From Haliotis rubra (lineage: Eukaryota): a stretch of DNA of 64,000 bases. Position 1 is the first letter of the stretch, and each line of letters begins with the position of its first letter. Shown here piece after piece: positions 12,704 through 25,938 of the stretch. The stretch lies in contig NW_025767468.1 in NCBI RefSeq assembly GCF_003918875.1, positions 1,550,001-1,614,000 of the forward strand, read 5' to 3'. The notes below the pieces were generated by a model, which saw only the letters and a program-made list of their open reading frames with translations, ran no database searches and was not told the origin of the DNA. The position numbers and the translations under genes were made by a program.

Positions 12704-13561
12704 ACACTCTCGTTGTGAGACACAAAACACAAAGTCAATCTTTTGATTTATGCCTATTGATGGCTCAGTTGATCTGAGATATAGAGAAATGCAGTGAGTA
12801 ATATGATTGTGTTATATATATTTTATCTAATAATGTGACGTTCTACTTGTAACAACATCGACACCAATACTGTTGGTAGGCGGGCTTACAGATTATATGT
12901 GCGCATAGTTTACTGGAAATAAACAAGACGAATCTTGTCTAATCTTGAAGCTTTCCGTGATAGTAATACATTTATAATGTACTTCTTATTATGATTTACT
13001 TATACATGTGTATAAATACACATTGTATGTATTACCACTTTACGATCTCACCGAGCACAGTCCTCTGTGAAACACTAGTCATTATCAACGAAATTGTGTC
13101 TCGAATACCCATGATGTGGATAAAGGGAGGTGACGTGTTGACGTCCTTTGGGTTATTTCGATTGTGGAATCTGCATTAGCGACATTCACAAATCGTTCCG
13201 AATGTAGAAACACTTCTATCATACGTATGTTATGATTTCCAGTGGTCGGTGACTGCAGTATGTTTAACAACGGTACCAAGTCTTGATAAGTAGATAAGAG
13301 AAACATATTTGTCGTATATGGCATTCTAAATGGCATTAATTGTGATTGCCTATTCATATTTGTCTTAGCCTGTTTTCAAGTAGTTATTAACAAACTATAG
13401 CTTTAGATTTGAAAACAAACTTTACATTCTTATTCTTTCAAAACTATTTTTAAGATAACTAATCATTAATTTCGTTCTATATCCACAACACCACGGAGGT
13501 GATCAGTTGATGTATAAATGTGACGAGTATGTGTCCGTTAGTTACCGCTGTCTCCAGGGAT

Positions 13562-13720
13562 ACGGTGCGGTGGGGTAGCCTAGTGGTTAAAGCGTTCGCG
13601 TGTCACGCCGAAGACCCGGGTTCGATTCCCAACATGGCCACAATGTGTGAAGCCCATTTCAGGTGTCCCAAGCCGTAAGGGGCGTAATATTGCGTAAAAC
13701 TAAAACTCACGCACTCACTC
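13562..13720 (+). mobile_element. SINE family A
   Basis: A/B boxes; TSD-like cagggata on both sides. Confidence 0.85.
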
Positions 13721-15014
13721 ACCCTCTCAGGGATAAGAATATAGGTATTGCGCCCATACACCGAAAACGTGTCCAGTAACGAGCCGGATGTCCAACGGCA
13801 ATATTGCAGGTGTGTTGACCGAAATGTATATCATGTGCATAAAGAAATAACATAAATTCTGCAAAAGGATAACGTATTTAGTAAACAACAGATACATTAT
13901 GTGTAACAGAAGGAATAAAATATTTAGGCATATGAATTATATAAAATGTTGTTTTTAAAATAGGTGCCTACTAACAAAACAAGCGTATGTTCAAATGAAT
14001 GAAACATGAGTTTTAATTAAACAAAATGTTTAAATATTTTTTGTAAGACGCTATGTTCAAATACAACAAATATATATTATCAAAGTGTATAAAAATGAAA
14101 TTAAAACAAAATGGCAAATTAAATGCCAACTTTGGCTTTCAAATAATACATACTATACCAACTTGGTGGTACTAACATATCATGGTTTAACGTTATTCTA
14201 CGATTACAACCTACCACTAGAAATCAACACATCACTACGATGGGACTAACATAGACGTAGATGACGTGTACATGTACAGAGACAATTAATATGGCTGTAA
14301 TAACATCACAGTTCAGGTGCAAATGAACTGCTAATGGTAACAACACGCTAGGCTAAAGTAGCACCAAATGCATATAATTACATAGATTCTCCGACATTGT
14401 TCTAGATACGTGAGTATGAAATATGGATAATAACATTTTACATATATCAATGGACAATAACAGCATGATTCTAGAAGATACGCATAGACTTCCAACGTTT
14501 ATAACCATAATTGTTATATGCTACTGTAGATATCCATTGGAGATAGGAGGCTAAGGATGATGGTTAGAGAGATGCATGGTGTTGGTGAAATTAATGACAA
14601 TAAGTTCCCAAGATACCGATGGCAGTACATGGCAAAGAAACATCTAGCTATAAATCGTAGTTGCCAAGGAGTCCTAGGTTCAGGAACGATTATCTCTGAA
14701 AATATATAATTTTGGGAGAAACAAATTTCTGCATTTGAACTGAAAAGGATACCCAATGAGGAGGCATATGTAGAGGCGAGGAATACTTTATTTGGAAGGG
14801 ATAATAATATGGTTCAGATGTGACAGACTAGGTCCTCAGACGCTACCACGGGATCCTTACATTTGATGGCAGACGTTATCCAGACGTCTTGGATCTGATA
14901 GGGGACACTACCAAGGGGTCCTCAAAACTTATAGCAGACACTACACAAGATACTTTGGGTCTGATGGGGACACTACCTACGGGTCCTTGCATCTGATGAC
15001 AAGGAGCCTCTGGG

Positions 15015-15105
15015 CAGCCTAGTTCCATGGGTCTGTTGCGCCTGCGCTAAACTTCCGTCAGTCTGAGCGTTAGCGCAGGCGCAACAGACCCAGGGAACCA
15101 GGCTG
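15015..15105. repeat. 91-bp palindromic mini-element
   Basis: 36-bp arms (15015-15050, 15070-15105) with 2 mismatches and a 19-nt loop. Confidence 0.9.
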
Positions 15106-15245
15106 GCCTTTGGGCTGATGAAGAATGATGTTGCCAGTGTAGCCTCTCGGACTAGAGCACGTTTGACTAGCATCAGGGAGACTGCGGTTGAGACTTGCGT
15201 CCATGATTGCAGACCGGACGCCGGGAACAGCAGGTTACTTCCTGC

Positions 15246-16439
15246 TTATGGCGTGTCCCTGGTCTTGACTTTGGCGCCCACCAACCCATACAGGCTGACG
15301 TCTCTGGCTTGGCCTGAAACGTGCTTTGCTACATCAATTAGGCTGGTGAATCTCAGCAAGCTGGCCTCACCCTCACCATCGATCATCCCCATGACATTCC
15401 GTCCATGGCTGTCAAAGACTGAATATGTTTCGTCCTTGTTCTGCAACACAGCTGATGTCATGCCATCAAAGGTCATCAGGCAGCCCTTGCATCCTTCACT
15501 GAAGACTTCCTTTAAATGTCTTTCAATTTCAGAATTGTGGTCTCCATTTGCCGATATGACACCCTGGTGCTCCGGTCCAAACGTGCACTTGACTGGCCAT
15601 CTGAAAGTGCCGATTCTGGGTTTGTGAGGCAGTTCGTCGAAAGCCAGAAACCTGTTTTGTGGAGCGTTGTTTCCCATGTCTGTGAGAATCTGTTCATGGA
15701 GTTGATCCCCGAGCTGAAGGATGTTATTTAGTGTATTGCTGGACCACATTCCCACCGGGATGAAGGCACTGACCACTACAGCCGTATATGCCATGCTGGT
15801 GCACTGTGTGCCTGCATTCTCAGCCCTGGAAAAGACAGTACTATATTAAGTCACTTGCTGCTTACCTCCTTTACTCACGGCTACACACGTCTATCTCTGG
15901 ACGATTAAGATTATTAGTGTCCCACTACACGAATAACATCCACAACGTAGGTTTGTGGAAGTAAGTCCTTATCCATAAGAGTAAATTCCCAAAGAGATTT
16001 GATCCGGGATGGACCACCAATGTCCTAGAAATAATGCAAGCACAATAAAAGTGTCCAGATAAATAATTATACAGCTTTTCTCGAGGTAAATCCTAGACTA
16101 TCAACTACTAAATAGTCTCTGAAATGAACACATTTTACAGAAAAAAACGCTCATAGTAAAAAAAAATATAATGAAAAGGAGACCTAAGACTTCCTGTGGA
16201 AATCTAGACTTGCGTGGGCTTTCTTGGATATATTTGCTTCAGGGTCTGTATGACAGACTAGGTAAATCCCAACATATTCCATAATACAACTATTATTCAC
16301 GTGACACTTACGGTCCAGCGATCCCTGCAATTGTTCCCTGGTTGAAATTACCCATGACGGAATAGCGGCAGTCGGGCAAGCCTCCAGAGGTCACGGCGTC
16401 CTTGACCTGTGTTGTGGCGGACTTGGAACGGGTCGGCAT
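15246..16439 (-). CDS. Herpesvirus large-tegument-like cysteine protease/deubiquitinase (VTD, peptidase C76-like), 2 coding exons, ~235 aa
   Basis: Exons 16439-16312 and 15825-15246 joined by a 486-nt gtaagt...ttttccag phase-2 intron. Joined protein: ...SVMGNFNQGTIAGIAGPAENAGTQCTSMA...WSSNTLNNILQLGDQLH...FLAFDELP...YSVFDSHGRN..G...GEASLLRF. These are the hallmark motifs of the family. The true start could lie further upstream (frame open to ~16680). Confidence 0.82.
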
Positions 16440-18861
16440 GGTATCCCTATGATCCTGAATCAAGAGGTCTGAACAGGAAGTGATAACTGGGTGGTACCCA
16501 ATGCCCCCACACCCACACGGCCCACTGTTTCCCGACCAGGTGTAGTCGTTCGGCTGGGGTGAAACACACCCTTCAGGTTTAAGTAGTGGGTTTTGACATG
16601 ATGAGTTGGAATGGGGGCTACCTCCTCTTGCACTGGTGGTAGTTTTGGAGATCTGTGAAGTAGAGAGGGCATTGCTGTCTCAAGTTTTCAGTTGGCAACA
16701 CCTCTTGGTATGTATACACAATTATACTAAACTGGATGATAAATATTTGGTTTTCAAAACTAATGCACGGAATGTTTATTCTGTTATCAGGTAGCGGGTT
16801 GGACAAGATCGTTTCTTTCCCAGCTGATAAACGAGACTGAATGATGAAATTCCAAATCCTAGAATGGACATGGACATGTAATTACATATATATATTTAAC
16901 AAAATTAGTATGGTATTGCATTCAACTCACGTCGTGTCGTCTTCAGATTTCTCCTTATAGTAGGCCCCATCGCCCTCCTAAAACAATATAGAAATATACA
17001 AATAAACGTACTTACATTTAAACTAAATGCTTATGAATTTGCAAAAATATCAAATGACTGAATTCGCGTAAAACATGAGAAAAGTCGGCGACAATATACT
17101 GATACATTTTTCTTTTTCAAAGTGAAAACACTCAGGGCTTTTATATTTCATTTGCGTGAATAATATGTTTTCGAAGTCTGGAATACTTTCTGGTGAATCA
17201 GGGAATTTAAAGGAAATCCACCTTTGTATTATACAATCTTCGTGGAATCTCTGACTGATTTACATAAATGAATGTTGTTAAACCTCGGCAACTCTAACGC
17301 ATCGGGATATGTTCCGTTAACTGAGGTCGATTTATCTCAGTTTTATGGTACAGAGAAACACGAATTAGTGCTGACACACACACACACATATGACGCAGTT
17401 TGAGGTGAAAAGAAAAAAACTAGATTTCTTGTTTTTCTGAATTGCTTTCTCACAAGGAATTAAAACAATATATATAGTGTCCTCCAGGCAAAGCATATGC
17501 CATTATGGTCGTTAAATTTAGTACCATTCTGAAAAACATAAGTTATACCCTATAGGTAACAGTGAACACTGCATTGTGATCTTCGTCCCTCCTTTGTCAA
17601 AATATAAAATAGAAACCAATGTACAATTTAAACGACACAAACTTATAGGTTCAATGTTATGTTTTATCGAACTGAATACGACTGTCTCATTGTGTTGGCA
17701 AAATTAGTTAATATAAGGAGGAATGCATACATGGACATCATCCGGGCATACAAGTGTTTCCTGTATATTTGAGTAAACCTACCTCAATATTCCGCAAACA
17801 TGGGAAGCAGCGGTTCAGAAAACTGCGAGCAACATTTGAAGCCCACTGCCTTGCACGCTCTCGGATGCTTCGTCTAGCCTCACGGTTCCGTGCTTTCTTC
17901 CCCATTATCTTATGATGATAATATCACTTACGCGATTCAGTAAAAGTGACTAGGAATAGAACAGCACGTTTCGCATAGCGCGCTGACGAAACTTCTGTAA
18001 CAATGACGTGACGTCACAATACCGAATAGTGAAAATTTGAAGTCTAGTTAACACGGAAGCGGATTCCAGTTATTACCTTCACTTATGCACGAATCTATTT
18101 CTGTCATTGTGTGACTCAAGTAAGGTCAAACCAGTGTTTTTGTTTCTGTTGAGGTCGTTATTTCTCTCGACCGGGTTTGGTATATTATACTATATCACCG
18201 TTATGTGACTTCATAGCAGTATACTAGTATTTAATAGGTTCGCTCAAAAAGTTTACTTTCAGATTATACGGTTTTAAACTTTTCGGAACTTTTCATTGAC
18301 GTGTGTTGATATATTGTGATATCAAGAGACAATCAAAACCATTCCACCAACGTCTCAGTCTGTAAACCGAAATTCCCAGTGTGCTTAGTGTAAAATGCTT
18401 AGCTAACCGGCTTCAGAAACAGAGAAGAGGGATGTCATTTGATTGTGACGTCATGGTAACAATGACGTAACAATAATCTGCACGTACTATCTAAGTGATC
18501 AAATTCGTTTCATCGCCACTCACTGAATACTCCCGGTTATGCTTGGCCTAGTGATAAATATTGAAACTGAAGAAAAACATTTTACAACCGTTCTGTCCAT
18601 TGATAATCAAAATGACACATTTAATAAGCATCGCATTATCGATGAGTGAATGGAATAATCCTTTTTATCCATTTTATGTTCTTCCTCTATAAACGATTAA
18701 ACGCTCAGCTTGCGGCGGTTACAGTCAAATCATTTTCCCAATGGAACCACCAACGGCGATACATGAGCATACAACCATACAATCTAAATAATTAATCAAG
18801 ATGACAGTGACATAAATGTGGTAAATTGTTTACATTGTTTCATGAAGTAGTCTTTAGTGAA

Positions 18862-19095
18862 AGAGTTTAGTTTACGCCCCACTCAGCAATATTCCAGCTA
18901 TATGGTGGCGGTCTGTATAATCGAGTCTGGACCAGAACATCCAGCTGCAGTGATCAACAACATGAGCATCGATCTACGCAAGTGGTAAACGATGACATGT
19001 GTTAACCAAGTTAGTGACCCTGACCACCCGATCCCGTTAGTCACCTCTTACGACAAGCATGGGTTACTGAAGATAAATTCTAACCCGGATCTTCT
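18862..19095 (-). mobile_element. SINE family B
   Basis: Family B match. Confidence 0.85.
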
Positions 19096-19528
19096 CATGA
19101 TGTGGTCTTTATAATGTTAACAGTACAATAAAGCGTCGCTTGTACTTTTAAAGTCACACAGCAATTAACTCTAATTCAGCTGCAATACCAACAGTGTGTA
19201 TAAACTTCCCTTAGTACATTATACCAACGACAGGTTTCTGTAAGGAGATGAGGGTTCGATGTTGAGAATTGACAAATGAATATATTTTTAAGATAAAGAA
19301 TTTGAATTACTTTTAAAATATATATTTATAATGTAATCCTTTCGGACTTCTTAGTACGAAAAGTAGAATCTGAACCTATAGATATAACCACACTGATAAA
19401 GAATTACAAGTAGGTAACCTATCTTTACAGGTATGCAAAATTAAACTTCTTATTGATAGCAAATATATTTAGTGAGTGAGTGAGTGAGTGAGTCTAGTTT
19501 TAACCACTACGTTACCCTACCCTAAAGA

Positions 19529-20062
19529 TATTGAGTGAAGCTACATTGGTTCTGATTTTAAAAACACACCCGACAATACTCTTAATGTCAAGTGTGGTTG
19601 TCAAATTGTTTATTTTTGGCAGCCCCAGCCATATTTAGAAGAACGAGGTATCTTTAAAGCTCGTATTGGCTTGAAAACCTATGTTTTATTAGGACTGCAT
19701 ATCTGTTAAAATCATATTTCTTAATACAAACCATGAGCATGGCATTTTTCCAAAACCATGTGCAACACTGTATTTTTCTATCAGACAAAATATTATCAGT
19801 CAGAACATTATTGTTCTTTGATATTTTAAGACTTTCTTAAAATGTTGTGATTATGTATATTTTGTTTATATATCATTGTCATATCTGAACTGTGCTTGTA
19901 TTATTAGCTGGGTCGTACGGAATTTGTTGTTGTTGTTGTTGTTGTTGCAACGACGGTTTAGCGCCTTGGAGATGGCGAGAATCGGTTATATCAAACATAA
20001 CAATGCAATGGTAACCTTTGCCTAATGCAAATATAAAACGCTCCATGTTTTTTTTTAGCCTT
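19529..20062 (+). repeat. Left copy of ~535-bp direct repeat flanking a LINE (contains (TTG)n)
   Basis: Colinear with 21674-22215. Confidence 0.92.
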
Positions 20063-21673
20063 CCATCAAATGAATATGTTATCAAGCAAGGTGTTGGGCA
20101 AGGTAGAGTCTTGTCTTCCTGGTTTTTCCTTGTTTTTATTAATGATTTCATATGTGAACTTAGAGATTTGAACAATGGCATTTGTGTAAGTGGCATTAAT
20201 ATCCCATGTATTCTATTGGCTGACGACACAACACTTGCTTCCACCTCTCCAAAAGGTGTTCAATCATCACTTGATACTATTTATAGCTATGCTTGTAAGT
20301 GGCGTCTAACGTATAACGGTTCTAAAAGCACTTGTGTCATTTTCTGCAAATATAAGAAACGTCTTGGTAATTATTCTTTCAAATTTGGTGATTCAGAAAT
20401 ACCAATAAGTGATTGTGTTAAGTCTGGAGGCATTTTACTTTCGTCTGATCTATCCCCAAAATCTAGAGTATATTCATACTGCCAGAAAGCACGACAATCT
20501 GTAAATTCTCTAAAAAGTCTTGGTTTAAATTGTAAAGATCTCCACCCTACTTCTTCTGTTAAAATATGGAAAAGAATGATACTTCCAACGAGCTTTTACG
20601 GTTGTGAACTTTTACCCATTCTTCGAGGTAAAGATTATGACCTGGTAGAAAGTACACAGAGATATTTTGCCAGATGCATTCAGGGTTTCGGTAAGCGCTT
20701 TGCCTCTGCTTCAGTGCTAGGTAACCTTGGATTGTGGAGCATGGATGGTTATATAGATAAATGTAGTCTTTCAGTGGCATTTAGAAGTTGTACATAAATG
20801 TAGACTATTATTTCTCGGCAAGCTGTGCAACAGCAAGTGTAACTCTTCATTTAAGGATATTTTCTGTGTACATTTAGCCACCTTTCAAAACAGAACAGCT
20901 GTCTTACACAGTATATGTGACACACTTATTCAAACCAGTTTAAAATACAATCTCTTCAATTATCTTAGTGACTATCTCGATTTTTGAAGGTTTCCATGTA
21001 AATCGTCATGGCGAAGAATAACTATTAATTGCATAAATAAATCTGAAACTGAACGATGGATTTCTCACGTGTGTGTAAGGCACGATATGAATAGATATCG
21101 CTTTGACCCACAATTTCTTTGGTGTACATAGATTGTATTGTTTGATGTATTTTTACCCACAGTTTAAAGATATATTAAAGTTTTGTGTACAAATCAGCTC
21201 AAGGGAAAATTCTCAAAACATTGTGAACTCTGCAAAAAGATATTGTAATGATTATGACTGCCATATAATTTTACACTGTGAACACTATATGTACAACAGA
21301 AATAATTTCTTTTCAAAACTTATAGATCTCTTTAATGTGGATGTTTATGTACAAATACAATTATTATCTGAAGGTGAAATGTTGTCACTATTTTCTGGGG
21401 GTGAACTACTAGTTACTAACGATATTGATGAAATGTCATGGAGATGTATGATTGTCCTCTTCTGTAAATACCTATATTCCTTGCTTCCCTCACTTAACTG
21501 TGCATTCTAGACCTTTCATCTTTTCTTTGTACATATATATGACGATATGAATGTGTTGTGAATATATTGCTGTGATTATGTTGCTGTAAATATTTCATGT
21601 ACATGTTTATAATGATCTTCGGAAAATAATCTGGAGGAAATAAAGAGATTCATTCATTCATTCATTCAATCAT
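20063..21673 (+). mobile_element. 5'-truncated, degenerate non-LTR retrotransposon (RTE-X-like)
   Basis: RT motifs QGVGQGRVLS and LLADDT, downstream YGCEL, C-terminal Cys/His remnant (YCNDYDCHIILHC), aataaa plus (TTCA)n tail; stops and frameshifts present. Confidence 0.88.
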
Positions 21674-22060
21674 TATTGAGTGAAGCTACATTGGTTCTGA
21701 TTTAAAAAACACACCCGACAATACTCTTAATGTCAAGTGTGGTTGGCAAATTGTTTATTTTTTGATATTTAGAAGAACGAGGCTTATCTTTAAAGCTCGT
21801 ATTGGCTTGAAAACCTATGTTTTATTAGGACTGCATATCTGTTAAAGTCATATTTCTTAATACAAACCATGAGCATGGCATTTTTCCAAAACATCGTGCA
21901 ACACTGTATTTTTCTGTCAGACAAAATATTATCAGTCAGAAACATTATTGTTCTTTTATACTTTAAGACTTTCTTAAAATGTTGTGATTATGTATATTTT
22001 GTTTATATATCATTATCATATCTGAACTGTGCTTGTATTATTAGCTGGTTCGTACGGCAT

Positions 22061-22101
<41 letters not shown>

Positions 22102-22215
22102 GCAACGACGGTTTAGCGCCTTGGAGATGGCGAGAATCGGTTATATCAAACCTAACAATGCAATGAAACCTTTGCCTAATGCAAATTTAAAAGGCTCCCT
22201 GGTTTTTTAGGCCTT
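21674..22215 (+). repeat. Right copy of ~535-bp direct repeat
   Basis: Colinear with 19529-20062; longer (TTG)n. Confidence 0.92.
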
Positions 22216-22807
22216 TCTTTCAGTGAAATAGCAACTCGGGTTCTCACACACATATATATGCACTATCAAGCTGTCTTTGATTCCATCGCTCGGTATAATT
22301 ATACCCAATATATCCGTGACACAGGAACACATCTAGAGTACCCCCGGGCCAAATATCAGTCACCTCACAATACTGGCACCTCAGTGTCAGCTCCGACAGT
22401 GTAGTGACTGATGACACTTTAAAATGGCCTGCCTTACAAGTTACAGTCAACAGACACACAGACAGGTCAAACGGTCGTCACTCAGAAATGAATTAACTCC
22501 TTTCAGACTTGTGTTTCTCCGTGAGTTATTGGTATCCTTGGTGTCGGTGTGTATTCACAGTTAACAAGCCTGGCAGCTACTACAGTAAACTGGGGTCGGG
22601 CTATTGTGATCTATGCATGCTCACACTATACCGGGATTAACCCAGTGCAACTGTTGCCCCGTCAGCTTTCAATGTTGTTTTCTCTACAGTGTTATACTGG
22701 GACGATGTGGTGGATATATAATATATACTACGTAGATAGTGCAAATTTCCATAACTACTTGAACACATGATATATAAATTTTATCCTAATTTGATATACT
22801 GAAACAC

Positions 22808-22945
22808 TTGAGTGGGTGAGTTTTAGAAATATATCAGCAATATCATGGCGGGATACACCTGAAATTGGCTTCACGCATTGAACCCGTGTGAGGAATCCTA
22901 CCCCACCCGCCAACGAGTGAGTGAGTTTAGTTTTACGCCGCTGTA
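22808..22945 (-). mobile_element. SINE fragments (family A partial plus a second tail)
   Basis: Partial matches to consensus. Confidence 0.6.
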
Positions 22946-23755
22946 ATGACAAATTTCTCGTCTCGCGAATTGTCTTGCTCAAACGCTCATTTTCTGAAAA
23001 AGTAACATGCACGTGCTTCACAAAATGAACGCATATAAAAACCGTATAAAAGCAGCTCATGACACAAGGCATTGTCACCGAATAAAAAAGCACACAAGAA
23101 AAATGCCACGCCTGACCGCAGTACACACAGAGAGAGAGCCGTAGGAATGACCCAACAAGGAGGGTCACATGCCTTCATCGCGAGAACCTTGGCTGCACCC
23201 GGGTATGCATCACCAGGTTGTTTCAGCGTCTCCGCCAGACAGGGCAGACAGTAGACAGGCCGAGAAGTGGGAGACCGCAGGTGACCACGCCCCAGGAGGA
23301 CCGCTACATCTGGGTAATCCACCTCAGGAACCGCTTCATCCAGGCAACAGCAACGGCAACAACGGCATTTGCATCGTATCAGTCGACAGACAGTATCACG
23401 ACGACTGCGTGAACATGGTATTCGAGCACGACGTCCATGCCATTGGCTGGTACTGACACAACAACATCGGCGTAACAGGCTCCAGTGGGCAAGGCAACTT
23501 CGACGTTGGCAAGTCCGAGACTGGTCACGTGTCCTCTTTTCGGATGAGAGCAGGTTCTGCGTATTCACAACTGATGGCTCATGTGTTTGTTTCCTTTTCA
23601 TTTCTTTATCATTGTTATTTCTGACTTGTGTTTATGTTTAAATAATGCAGGAATGAATACTCTAATGAAATATAATATATTTTGTTGAAATCTTTTTTGT
23701 TGTCTTTTAATTGGCTTTCGAAACTAGTGGTATACGTTCTTTTGGACGGTAGTTA
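22945..23755 (+). mobile_element. Internally deleted Tc1 transposon relic
   Basis: Frameshifted transposase: MPRLT..RERAVGM, DRPRSGRPQVTTPQEDRYI, ISRQTVSRRLREHGIRARRP, WSRVLFSDESRFC; degenerate right TIR cgttcttttggacggtagt. Confidence 0.88.
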
Positions 23756-25397
23756 AGTACGTTACTCTGTCTGTACGTTACTGAGAAAGTGTAATCCCAA
23801 ATATAGCATAAGTTTTATGTTACATTTGACTACTTTCTGAAAGGAATTGTGTTTTCAAGTTTTCTATATTTCTTTTGATAAAAATCTCAGAGGAACATGA
23901 AAGTGGCAATTTCACATATGGATGAAAACATATTTTGATTTTACGTTTTAAGGAAATCATTAACGGAAATAACTATTAATGTTCTCTCGCAGTTGAAATT
24001 TCGGTACTTTTGTATGAATATGTTTTAGAATTAAATATAAATTTCGTTATATTTGGAATAGATTAACCGCGAAAACAAGATTGTGGTTTAAATCATTTTC
24101 ATAACAATAAAACACTAACTAACTAACATATGGCACACATAAATGTCATTAATCTGTATGTGCTATACCACGGCAATACATTAAACTCAAGCCGTTTCTA
24201 CGGATATGAAAAGCATACATTATTCATTGGATTTCGCTATAAGAGAATACAAGCGGTTTTTATGCACCAAATAGCCTTCTGCAAGATGAAGCTTGACTTT
24301 AGATCTCGTTCAAGGTTTTCGGAAATCCTATTTTCAAAAAAAAGTAAGTACTTATACAAATACATACATGATCGATTTCTCTGTAGATTCATAATCGCTT
24401 TGTATTATTATATTGGCTGCAAGAATAGGTCTACAAAATGAATTCGACATATGAATACTTTCGAGATATCCCAGGTACAACTATTGCAGTAAACAACTCC
24501 GCAGTATCACAGAGTTAAGAGAAAGACGTAATAAAACGTGGATAAATGTTTATTCAAAGGTAGTAATCAAGCCCTTTGTACAATGTATGTATGTAGAATC
24601 GATTCCACGAGAGACAACATTGTTGTATATACAATAGACACACCACACAATAGCACTGGACAAAACAAGCAACGTTACTCACATGTATATCACAGAAAAA
24701 GCAATTATCACAGCTTTGTTTACACCCAAAACAGACTAAGTTAATCACATAGTATTGACTTGGAAATCTAGTAACTGATGATTTTAAACTTAAAGGGGGA
24801 CATGATAGGCTGTTGACAGCCTAGCATGTTTAGTCAAGCAATTCAAACGTCATGTGTTTTGATTGGTAACTATGTCGACACAAATTAATTGCGCACGGAT
24901 GAACATAGCAAATAAACATTTCCATCATGAAAAAGAGGGATATTTCTCGGTTTCACACTTGTCCCGACAGGCAGCGTCTAAGGCCATTACTGAAATTGGC
25001 AAAATATTGTGGAGCGTGGTCCCCCTTTAACGCATGTTTGACTATACACTGTGGGTTGTTTATGTTTATGATTATGAAAACGCGCGGTAAGAACAAACAT
25101 ACAAGGGATATAGAGCACTCGATAATACAGTTCATATTAATGGGAAAATACGCCAGCAAATATATCGCCACATCTACTTAACTTAATAACCCATGGCGCT
25201 ATAAAAGAGAAATCTACGATAATGGGAGAGGGAGATGGGTTGTTATTTCTCATTTACATTGTGGGAAACGATTGATGGTTAAGATGGGATGGGGTTGAAT
25301 AACGTAGACATTACATAACATTAACATAACAGTAGACTATCTTTTGTCGCATTAAGTAAATGAGAGTGAGATATAAGTCGGTTTTGCACTATTCCAG

Positions 25398-25569
25398 TAG
25401 CCTTGCTTCAAGGCTGTACTGAATGCTGAGCCAATGGATGTACAGTAATTCTATCCTTTGATTTTTTTAGATAGGCGGACAGTAAAGACCACAGTCTGTT
25501 ATTTATTATTTTTTAGAAATTATCATTTAAACTATCAATTTTTATCTTAGAGACTTGTGCAAGTCTGCT
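25398..25569 (-). mobile_element. Dispersed ~170-bp MITE-like repeat
   Basis: Termini tagccttgct(t/c)caaggc and agacttg(t)gcaagtct; inverted copies at ~38619-38778 and ~40845-40996. Confidence 0.65.
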
Positions 25570-25771
25570 ATTCCAGCAATATCATGGCTGGGAAAACAAA
25601 AAATGGGATTCCAACATTCCATCGATGTGGAAAGTCGAACGAGCTTTCGACGCAATGTGAGAAGCTTTAAAGGCAACTACATCACCCTTAGTTGGGTATA
25701 ACAATTACTTTAGATGTAAAACGTTGTTTTATTTCTCCCAGGAATGTCCCTTCAGTGATACCTACGTAGTA

Positions 25772-25938
25772 CTGAGTGAGTGAGTTTAGTTTTACGCCGC
25801 TTTTTAGCAATATTCCAACAATATCACGGCGGGGGACACCAGATATGGGCTTCACACATTGTACCCATGTGTGAAATCGAACCCGGGAATTGGGCGTGAC
25901 GAGCGAACGCTTTAACCACTAGATTGCCCCACCGCCCC
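25772..25938 (-). mobile_element. SINE family A
   Basis: Full length; TSD ta(c/g)ctacgtag. Confidence 0.9.

Noticed and set aside
15118-15627. 169-aa plus-strand ORF
   Set aside because: Antisense shadow of the DUB exon
19529-22215. LTR retrotransposon or Penelope element
   Set aside because: RT is non-LTR type with a simple-repeat tail; no TG..CA, PBS/PPT, integrase or GIY-YIG seen
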